Assembly: GCA_963665095.1 (NCBI GenBank)
Contig: OY762069.1
Location: 544,001 to 608,000, forward strand
Source of the DNA: an uncultured Desulfobacter sp.
GTDB taxonomy: Bacteria; Desulfobacterota; Desulfobacteria; Desulfobacterales; Desulfobacteraceae
DNA: 64,000 nt
Direction of reading: 5' to 3'
The notes under the pieces are model-generated. The model was not told where the DNA came from and made no database searches. It saw nothing but the letters and a program-made list of their open reading frames with translations. Positions 37,787 to 45,854 of the stretch are shown here, one piece after another. The translations under genes were made by a program, and so were the position numbers. Position 1 is the first letter of the stretch. The number at the start of each line of letters is the position of its first letter.

Positions 37787-38002
37787 GTTTCAGTTCTCCT
37801 CAAAACATGTTCAAGTGTTGGCGGCCCATCATGATGCGATATCATGCCGGTCCGGGTTATGCCTTTCAGGGTCTGACCGTGTGGAATTTACTTATGCTCT
37901 TAGTTGTTCAATGATTTTTTACTGGGGGGATGCCACCTCCGTTGTTAGATTGCCGGATACCCCCGCCTTTCTGGATGTGAAGATGCGGGGTGATGGGGGT
38001 GT

Positions 38003-38018
38003 AGCAACTTGCATACCA
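38003..38018 (-). promoter_or_regulatory. sigma54 -24/-12 promoter for the RR-CBS/SLC13 operon
   Basis: TGGTAT-GCAAG-TTGCT on the minus strand. Confidence 0.7.
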
Positions 38019-38316
38019 CTGAAAAAAGCGCACAATGAAATTGTTAACATATTGAATTTAAATGATAAAAAATAAACAGGGGCAGCCAGGATCAGATGGA
38101 ATCCTGTCAGGAATTTTTCCAGGTTGATACTTTTTTATGCAGGCGGGACAGCGCCTGAAACTCCATCGAGTTTGCGCTTGACATCCCGCAGGATCTGGCT
38201 TAATTCCTTAAAAATTTGAATCCGAGACACCTTATTAATCAGGAGCGCAGACAAAACCTTGAACGCATCACCCCATTTGTTAATCACCTGGCGGATAAGC
38301 CTTTTTGGAGCTTTAG

Positions 38317-39705
38317 ATGAAAGAGATATTGGTTTTAACCCATTCCGAAGATGAGTGGCTCCTGATTTCAAGTGCTCTGTCCCATGTCGGCACCACCCGC
38401 CGGGCCCCCGATCTCAATACCGCGCTTACACTTCATACCCACTCTCCGTTTGATTTGATCCTGGCCGATATTGATCTATTGGCAGCCCATGAGGATATGT
38501 CTGCCTTCAAATCCGTGAATCCGTTTGTTCAGTTTATTGTCCTTTGCACACGATCCAATACCTTTCAAGCCATTGAAGCTGTGAAAAGCGGTGCGGTGGG
38601 ATATCTGCAGTCTCCGGTCAGCGAACGGGATATCCAGTTGCTGCTCCCGGCCTTGAAACGTTCCCGTCACAGGGATTTTGAACTGGATTACCTGCGGGAC
38701 AAATTCTGGAAAACCGAATGGCAGGATACCATACGGTCTAAAAATGAAGGCATGAAAAAGATCTTCAAAAATATCCGGTCCGTTGCCCCCACCATTGCCA
38801 CCGTCCTGCTGCTCGGGGAAACAGGTACGGGGAAAAGCACCCTGGCCAGGCTGATCCACTGGCACAGCCGGCGTTCCGAAAAGCCTTTTATCTCCATCAA
38901 TTGTGGTGCCATCCCTGACACCCTCATTGAAAGTGAGCTCTTCGGACATGAAAAAGGGGCCTTCACCGGGGCCATCCGTAAAAAACCGGGCCGGTTTGAA
39001 ATGGCGGAAACCGGCACCATATTTCTGGATGAGATCGGCACCATCTCCCCTGCCGCCCAGGTTAAGCTGCTTCAGGTGCTTCAGGACGGCACCTTCAGCA
39101 GAGTCGGCGGCGATGTCGTTCTCAAGGCGGATGTACGGATCATTGCCGCCACCAATTCAGACCTGGAAGAGGCTGTGGACAACGGCTTATTTCGAAAAGA
39201 CCTGTTTTACCGCCTCAACGTGTTTCCCATTGAGATACCGCCTCTCAAGGAACGCAGGGAAGATCTGGAAAGTCTGGTGGATCAATTTTTGAAAAAATTA
39301 AACATCAAGTATGCGAAAAACATTCAAACGGTACTGCCGTCAGTTTTGGAAGGATTCAACAATTATGACTGGCCCGGCAATATCCGGGAGCTTGAGAATA
39401 TCCTTGAACGTGCCTACATTCTTGAAACGTCCACTGTGCTGACCCCCGATAATTTACCCATCGAAACCCAGGCCGCCATTGCCCGGGATATCCCCGCGCC
39501 CGACACCGGTCAGACCCTGGCCCAGGCACGCCGGTATGCGGTTGATGCCTGTGAAGTTTCCTATCTATCCAGGCTGCTTTTGCAAACAAACGGCCGAATA
39601 AGTGAAACAGCACGAAAGGCCGGCATTACGACCCGGCAGATTAATCGCCTTTTGACCCGGCACGGACTGGATAAAAAACAATTCAAATCCCCCAAAGGCG
39701 CCTGA
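38317..39705 (+). CDS. sigma54-dependent enhancer-binding protein (Fis HTH) with atypical receiver domain
   Basis: GETGTGKS, ESELFGHEKGAFTGA, FLDEIG, WPGNIRELEN. Confidence 0.95.
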   Translation: MKEILVLTHSEDEWLLISSALSHVGTTRRAPDLNTALTLHTHSPFDLILADIDLLAAHEDMSAFKSVNPFVQFIVLCTRSNTFQAIEAVKSGAVGYLQSPVSERDIQLLLPALKRSRHRDFELDYLRDKFWKTEWQDTIRSKNEGMKKIFKNIRSVAPTIATVLLLGETGTGKSTLARLIHWHSRRSEKPFISINCGAIPDTLIESELFGHEKGAFTGAIRKKPGRFEMAETGTIFLDEIGTISPAAQVKLLQVLQDGTFSRVGGDVVLKADVRIIAATNSDLEEAVDNGLFRKDLFYRLNVFPIEIPPLKERREDLESLVDQFLKKLNIKYAKNIQTVLPSVLEGFNNYDWPGNIRELENILERAYILETSTVLTPDNLPIETQAAIARDIPAPDTGQTLAQARRYAVDACEVSYLSRLLLQTNGRISETARKAGITTRQINRLLTRHGLDKKQFKSPKGA

Positions 39706-39764
39706 TCTCATCACCCAGGGGCTGTTCCGGAAAAATGCAAAGGGCCTGCACAATACAGTCAACC

Positions 39765-39900
39765 GGGACACAAATAGGACAAGAATCGTCCGATTTTGTG
39801 TCCCCGGGATATTTTATGTCCTGTTTTTTTCAAACAATACCGATTCTGTGCGTGTTTCCTTTATGGTTGGACCGCAAATGGATATGGCACGCTAATTGCT
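39765..39900 (+). promoter_or_regulatory. sigma54 promoter with upstream activator sites
   Basis: TGGCAC-GCTAA-TTGCT at 39885-39900; GGAC-N7-GTCC at 39777 and GGAT-N7-GTCC at 39807. Confidence 0.8.
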
Positions 39901-39996
39901 TGCCGTTCATAGAGCGGATAAACGCTTCGGATAGTCAATATCCGGTTGTAACAACTACAAGGTTCTATGGTCAGGTAAAACTGACGAGGAGGCATT

Positions 39997-40149
39997 ATGG
40001 CGGAAAAAGGGGAACAGAACAGAAACAAACGCGAGGGCCGGAAAACCGGGCAACTGAGCCTGAAAGAAAAGCGTAAAAAGAAAAAAGAAAAAGAGCTCTC
40101 CAGGGATGACCTGTTCCGGAAGATTAAAAAAACCGGAACTCAGAATTAA
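39997..40149 (+). CDS. Unannotated 50-aa highly basic protein
   Basis: GAGGAGG RBS; MAEKGEQNRNKREGRKTGQLSLKEKRKKKKEKELSRDDLFRKIKKTGTQN; lies between the sigma54 promoter and a hairpin. Confidence 0.72.
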   Translation: MAEKGEQNRNKREGRKTGQLSLKEKRKKKKEKELSRDDLFRKIKKTGTQN

Positions 40150-40161
40150 ATATAATGGCCA

Positions 40162-40200
40162 TGGGCTGTGTCCGGCATATCATCTGCCGGGCACAGCCCA
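40162..40200. terminator. Hairpin between the convergent small ORF and ppk2
   Basis: TGGGCTGTGTCCGGCA/TGCCGGGCACAGCCCA stem; no clear T-run. Confidence 0.55.
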
Positions 40201-40260
40201 CGACAACGCAACTAAAAATTCATCTGCTTACCGGTAACTTTCTTTTAAGATTTCTGCATC

Positions 40261-41190
40261 TTAGTATCGTTTTGGCACATACAGTTCAGGTGGAAGCACT
40301 GCTCTCTCATAGTCAGGATTATGTTTTCGCTCCGGCAGTGTGAGAGGGTCATAGGAGACTTCCTCGTAGGGAATCTGATCCAGCAGGTGATGAATGCAGT
40401 TCAGGCGCGCCCATTTTTTATCATTGGCTTCGACGATAAACCAGGGGGCCTCGGGTATATTAGTACGGGCAAAGGTCGCTTCCTTGGCTTTGGTGTAATC
40501 CTCCCAGCGGACTCGGGACTGTAAATCCATATCGCTTAATTTCCACTGTTTGAGAGGATCATGAATACGCATGAGAAAGCGTAAATGTTGTTCTTGATCT
40601 GTGATGGAAAACCAGTATTTGATCAGGCGGATACCGGAGCGAACCAGCATTCGTTCAAATTCAGGCACATCCTTGAGGAACTGTTCAACCTGTTCCGGGG
40701 TCGCAAATCCCATGACCCGTTCCACGCCGGACCGGTTATACCAGGATCTGTCAAACAGGACTATTTCTCCGGCAGAAGGCAGATGCGGGACATATCTTTG
40801 GAAGTACCATTGTGACTGCTCTTTGTTTGTGGGTTTGTTCAGGGCAACTACCCTGCAAACTCTGGGATTCAGCCGCTGGGTAATCCGTTTGATCACGCCT
40901 CCCTTCCCGGCGGAATCGCGTCCTTCGAAAATAACGGCAATTTTTTCACCGGTATGTTGGACCCAGTTCATCATCTTGATCAGTTCCGCCTGGAGCATTA
41001 GCAGGGACTTGAAATATTTGCTTCCCTCAAGGGTTGGAGAATGTTGTTCCCTGTAAATCTTTTTTAATTCAGTTGACAGTTCCGATCCGGACAACTCAAG
41101 CTCGTAATCTTCATCAAAGGTGTCCTGGAGCTCTTCATCAAGCCAGTCAAGCACTCCTTGCTTGATCCTTTTTTTTGTTTTTTTATCCAT
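40261..41190 (-). CDS. ppk2: Polyphosphate kinase 2
   Basis: FEGRDSAGKGG, QWYFQRY, FDRSWYNR, KQWKLS. Confidence 0.96.
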   Translation of the reverse strand: MDKKTKKRIKQGVLDWLDEELQDTFDEDYELELSGSELSTELKKIYREQHSPTLEGSKYFKSLLMLQAELIKMMNWVQHTGEKIAVIFEGRDSAGKGGVIKRITQRLNPRVCRVVALNKPTNKEQSQWYFQRYVPHLPSAGEIVLFDRSWYNRSGVERVMGFATPEQVEQFLKDVPEFERMLVRSGIRLIKYWFSITDQEQHLRFLMRIHDPLKQWKLSDMDLQSRVRWEDYTKAKEATFARTNIPEAPWFIVEANDKKWARLNCIHHLLDQIPYEEVSYDPLTLPERKHNPDYERAVLPPELYVPKRY

Positions 41191-41478
41191 GTTGGAACCC
41201 TCCCCGGTAAGAGAAAAAAAAGAGCGTACCTATATGAAGTATGTCTTCAAAGGTGGAAAACCGTTAAATTCAATGGCGCTGTAACTGCTGGTATATGCGC
41301 CCGTGGAGAGCCAGTAAAGCCGGTCTCCCATGGACAGGTTCAAGGGCCTTAAAACTATTGGCGCAGCTTTATGAACTAAAATTCGTCCATCGTCAAGAAA
41401 AATATATTCAACCTGTTCTGTTTTGTCATACCCTCTGCGTTTTTAAAGGCGTACCACGAAGTTGCTTTATATTCTGGG

Positions 41479-42480
41479 TTAAGAAAGGACCTCGTTCATT
41501 CGAGCCATGTCTTCCTGTTTGCCGACGGAGACAATAACATCTCCGGCTTCTATGACAGCGTTTGGGCCCGGATTAAAAACCATGCTGTTTGATGATTTTT
41601 TTATCGCAACAATCATGATTCCGAAATCACGTCTTAAATGACTGTTAATAAGGCTTTTCCCAACAAGTTCAGAACCCGGCATCACAGTTGCTTCTTCAAG
41701 CGTTAGACCAAGGGATCCGCTCATCATGGTGCTATCTATAAAATCAACGACAGTTGGCTTTTTTAAAATTTGGGCCATGCGCAACCCTCCCATGTTAAAA
41801 GGACATACCACCCGTGAGGCCCCGGCGCGTATCAATTTTGTTTCATTTTTAGCATCCGAGGCTCGGGAGAGAACAAAAATATCCGGCCGCAAGCCTTTGG
41901 CGGTAAGGGTTATAAAAACATTATCAGAATCGTTTGAAACCACCGTAGCAATTCCCTTAGCACTTTTTAAACCGGCTTGAAGCAAAATATCATCATCAGT
42001 CGCATCCCCTTTGAGATACAGATATTGTTCTTTTTCCAGGATATCAAATCGGTCTAAATCTTTTTCAATGACGACGAATGGAATATTTTCTTCTGCCAGT
42101 TCGGCACAGAGAACTTCTCCGATCCTTCCAAAACCGCAGATAATATAATGATCCACAATCGATGCTATTTTTTTTTCCAACTTTCTTCTCCCCAAGAGTT
42201 CGCGAAGCTCTCCTTCAATGAATATTTTGGCACCCTGTCCCAGGGTATAGGTTAACAGTGAAATCCCTGAAATGATAATAATCACCGTAATGATTCTTCC
42301 TGGTCGTGTCAGGGGCATAATTTCAGAAAATCCAACGGTACTGATGGTAATCAGAGTCATGTAGAAAGAGTCAAACGGTGTCATTCCTTCGATAACTGAG
42401 TAGCTGACTGTTCCGAAAACAACTATTAATAATAGAAGGAGCACTGAAACGCGTAATTTGTCTGATTCCAATCTACCCAT
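41479..42480 (-). CDS. Potassium channel protein with TrkA-N/TrkA-C (RCK) domains
   Basis: Two TMs plus pore TISTVGFS; HYIICGFGRIG; GDAT; FNPGP. Confidence 0.9.
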   Translation of the reverse strand: MGRLESDKLRVSVLLLLLIVVFGTVSYSVIEGMTPFDSFYMTLITISTVGFSEIMPLTRPGRIITVIIIISGISLLTYTLGQGAKIFIEGELRELLGRRKLEKKIASIVDHYIICGFGRIGEVLCAELAEENIPFVVIEKDLDRFDILEKEQYLYLKGDATDDDILLQAGLKSAKGIATVVSNDSDNVFITLTAKGLRPDIFVLSRASDAKNETKLIRAGASRVVCPFNMGGLRMAQILKKPTVVDFIDSTMMSGSLGLTLEEATVMPGSELVGKSLINSHLRRDFGIMIVAIKKSSNSMVFNPGPNAVIEAGDVIVSVGKQEDMARMNEVLS

Positions 42481-42748
42481 AGTTTCTATACTAAGTCCTC
42501 AACTTTAAGGTTTAAAAATTGGGGGGTTAACAGCTTTGACAGATGCAGATATTCTTTCAGTGCCATAAGTTCGACGGCCCTACGCCTTGAGATGTCCGTG
42601 CCGACCCCCTTCACCGGACAGAACCCGTTAATTCCCCGGTAGGGGCCTTTGGGGGCTTGTTTCAGGCTGTCGAGTTTTCCTGCAGGATCGGAATCCCACA
42701 GGTTTTCCGCACCTGCTGCACTGACGGTGCAACAAGAGATGGATATCA

Positions 42749-43321
42749 TCACTCAGGTTTGCTTGTTCGAAGCGCAAATAAGTTTTGACCTATTCTATAA
42801 ATTGCATAGAGATGTTTATTATCGGTTCCAAGGGCGTAATGGCTTTTCATAAGGCCCTTGAACCCGGTATAGCCCTTGCTTAACCGGACCTCTTCACATG
42901 CTTCATGGATTGAAATTTTTTTGTCGCGCAGATGCTTTTCTTGGACAGGAAGAGATAAGAGCTGTTTGCGGTATATATCAAAATCGGAAAACCCCATCTC
43001 TGAGAGTGCGGATCTTGCAGATAAAAAACCCTTTCCGGAAAAGCCGATCAATAAATCCACGATTTGGGAATAGTATGGAGATTCAGTGAAGGCTGATCTG
43101 TTCTTCATGTAAAAAACCAATAAGGTCAGAATAATTGCCCTGATGATATTTTTTACCTGATCATCCTTTTGGGGTTTTGCTGAATACTCCATCCCTAACT
43201 CAAGAATTATTATAATTGCTTCGGGATCTATGTTGTAAATTTCAAGGGCTTTTTGTTCTGCCTCCTCTTTATTCTCCCTGACCTGCATGGTTGCAAGCCG
43301 GTTTTTTATTTCATGTTTCAT
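42749..43321 (-). CDS. Hypothetical protein
   Basis: About 190-aa ORF downstream of the sensor kinase; no motif recognised. Confidence 0.6.
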   Translation of the reverse strand: MKHEIKNRLATMQVRENKEEAEQKALEIYNIDPEAIIIILELGMEYSAKPQKDDQVKNIIRAIILTLLVFYMKNRSAFTESPYYSQIVDLLIGFSGKGFLSARSALSEMGFSDFDIYRKQLLSLPVQEKHLRDKKISIHEACEEVRLSKGYTGFKGLMKSHYALGTDNKHLYAIYRIGQNLFALRTSKPE

Positions 43322-43402
43322 TCCCGCCCTCACATTTAAATTTTATTTGCAGGCTGCTTCAGGTAAAGATTGCGCAACCGCCAGGATACCGCTATCCGCC
43401 GC

Positions 43403-45541
43403 TCATAAGGCTGCATCTGTTTCGTCTGCTGCCAAAGATGTCTGGTGTACCGGAAACAGGAGTGTAAATTTGCAGCCCTTGCCCGGTTTGCTGTCAACGC
43501 GTATGACGCCACCATGGTCCAGAACGGTGCCGTGGACGATGGCAAGTCCCATGCCCGTGCCTTTGCCCACCCCCTTGGTGGTAAAGTAAGGCTCAAAAAT
43601 TCGATCCTGTATGGCCGGGTCAATCCCCGTTCCTGTATCTTCAATGGTTATCCGGACAACGCGGTCTGTCTGATATTTTTCAATGCCGGGAAATCCTGCT
43701 GTTTTCGCATCCACCATTCCAAGACATATGGTCAGGGTGCCGCCGTCGGACTCCATGGCATGGCCGGCATTGGTGCACAGGTTGATGACCGCCTGCTGGA
43801 TCTGCGCGGGGTTGGCCTTTATCTGTACCATGGGTGCCATATACCTGCACTGGATAGTAATGGCAGGGGGCATGGATGCCCGTAGCAATGTGATGGTCTC
43901 TTCCATGAGTTTTGCCGGATCAACCGGGTACTTCTCCAGGTCTGTCTGACGGCTGAAGCTAAGCAGCTGAAGCACCACCTCCTTGGCTCTCAGACAGGCA
44001 GTCTGTATCTTGTTGATCTGCCGGCGGGCCGGCGAATCTTTTGGCAGGTCCATCAGTGTGAGATCCGCGTTACCCAGGATGATCCCCAGAATATTGTTAA
44101 AATCGTGAGCAATGCCCCCGGCCAGGGTTCCCACAGCTTCCATCTTGGCTGCCTGGAAAAGCTTCACCCGCAGGTCCTCCCCTTCCTTCTCTGCTTTTTC
44201 CCGTTGGGTAATATCGGTCAAAGATCCCACAATGGCCACGGTTTGTCCATTCTCAACCACCGGGTTTTCCCTGACTTCCACAGTAATAACTCGTCCCTTT
44301 TTCCCTTTAAGCTCGAGCTCATACGGGGGCTGGCGGACACCGGTGCGGATCGCTTTTTCGGTATGCTGTACCCCTTTGTCATTTATGGGGTTGTCTGTAA
44401 GGAACTCAGTCCAGTCCCTTAAGGCCTCCTGGGGGGAGCACTGGAGATATTCCCGGCACTGGGGGCTGATATAGGTCAGGTGGTGATCAGGCGTGTGTGC
44501 ATAGTACATGTTCGTGGTGTTCTCCAGGATATCCCTGAGTTTTTCCTCACTGTCTCGCAGGGCATTTTCCATGGCTTTTCTCTCAAGGGTCTCTTTTTTC
44601 AGACGCCGGTTCCAGAACAGGACAACACTTAAAATACCAAGGCAGACAAGAAGTATCAGTGAGATATAAAGCAATACATGCCGGGGACTGACACCGTATT
44701 CGTACTTGACGGAGAGCCAGTGGCTGCGGATTTTCATTGCCTGTTGAGGGGATACGGCATCCAGGGCCTTATTGATGATGCTTAAGAGTTCCTTCTGACC
44801 TTTCTGGACCGCCATATACAGTTCATATTTATGGTAGGGTGTGGGGGCGGCTATTTTCAGGTTTGCCAGGCCGTTTTTTTGAATCATATAGGTGGCTGCG
44901 GCCAGGTTTTCAATGGTGGCGTCAGCCTTTCCAAGGGATATGGCCTCAAGCCCCTCTAAAGGGGAGTTTACGAAAACAGAGATAAAGTCAACCCCGTCCC
45001 GGGCAAGCCACTCCAGGGTCAGTATTTTGGGCACCACAGCCAGTTTTTTCCCCTGAAGGTCCTCAATGCCACCGATAAATGGTACGTCCTCCCTGCTGAC
45101 GATTATCAGAGGGAATGCCATATACGCAATAGTATAGTCAAGATAGGTTTCCCGTTCAGGGGTTCTGGCAATGCAGAGGATTAAATCAATGTCGCCTTGG
45201 CGGGTTTTCTCAAGCACATCCGGCCAGGGAAGCTCCGGCCGGACCTGAAGCGCTATGTTTAGCAGTCTGGCTATTTCGGATATATAGTCAGCTGAGATTC
45301 CTTTGAGCTGGCCCTTGTCATAATAGTGGAACGGCGGGAAGGCGCGGGGACCGGCAATGGTAATAACCGGATGGTTGCCAATCCATCTTTGTTCAGCCGG
45401 TGACAGTTGAATTGCGTCAACTGTCCGGGCTTTGGATGATGGGCTTTCGACAATTGGGGGCTCAGATGCCGCAAAGGCTGCTGAAGTGAATCCCACAATG
45501 AGAAACAGCAACCGGCTCAGTAAGGCAGATGGAACAGCCAT
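43403..45541 (-). CDS. Sensor histidine kinase: periplasmic SBP-like domain, TM, PAS, HisKA, HATPase
   Basis: FPPFHY, GIAHDFNNIL, NLCTNAGHAM, FEPYFTTK, GTGMGL. Confidence 0.92.
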   Translation of the reverse strand: MAVPSALLSRLLFLIVGFTSAAFAASEPPIVESPSSKARTVDAIQLSPAEQRWIGNHPVITIAGPRAFPPFHYYDKGQLKGISADYISEIARLLNIALQVRPELPWPDVLEKTRQGDIDLILCIARTPERETYLDYTIAYMAFPLIIVSREDVPFIGGIEDLQGKKLAVVPKILTLEWLARDGVDFISVFVNSPLEGLEAISLGKADATIENLAAATYMIQKNGLANLKIAAPTPYHKYELYMAVQKGQKELLSIINKALDAVSPQQAMKIRSHWLSVKYEYGVSPRHVLLYISLILLVCLGILSVVLFWNRRLKKETLERKAMENALRDSEEKLRDILENTTNMYYAHTPDHHLTYISPQCREYLQCSPQEALRDWTEFLTDNPINDKGVQHTEKAIRTGVRQPPYELELKGKKGRVITVEVRENPVVENGQTVAIVGSLTDITQREKAEKEGEDLRVKLFQAAKMEAVGTLAGGIAHDFNNILGIILGNADLTLMDLPKDSPARRQINKIQTACLRAKEVVLQLLSFSRQTDLEKYPVDPAKLMEETITLLRASMPPAITIQCRYMAPMVQIKANPAQIQQAVINLCTNAGHAMESDGGTLTICLGMVDAKTAGFPGIEKYQTDRVVRITIEDTGTGIDPAIQDRIFEPYFTTKGVGKGTGMGLAIVHGTVLDHGGVIRVDSKPGKGCKFTLLFPVHQTSLAADETDAAL

Positions 45542-45854
45542 CCGCTTCAGCCGGTTGACAGTTGTCTGATTTGTTATTTTGTCATACCACAAAGTCTTGC
45601 CACCTGAATTTCCGGCCAAGATTGTCCTGGCCAGCCTGCATAATGTAAAAAAAGGGGAACACCTTCATTTTATACCCAAAACAGCTCTGAATATACCCTT
45701 TGCCGGAAATTTTGGAAATTAAAAAAATGCCCTGGAGACAGGCCGGCATCTGAAGCCCACAGCCCTGAAAATTATTTGTTTACATTTTATGCCTGGATGG
45801 GTATCTGTTTGATTTTTATTCATCGGGTACCGGAAATATGATACACCAGAGGGT

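Noticed and set aside
42320..42350. Non-canonical K+ filter TVGFS in place of TVGYG
   Set aside because: Such variants are common in bacterial RCK-gated channels; not enough to claim altered selectivity
42486..42752. c-di-AMP riboswitch or real 88-aa gene upstream of the K+ channel
   Set aside because: No ydaO-type conserved blocks; the GC-rich stretch looks more like a gene remnant, which I cannot support well enough to call
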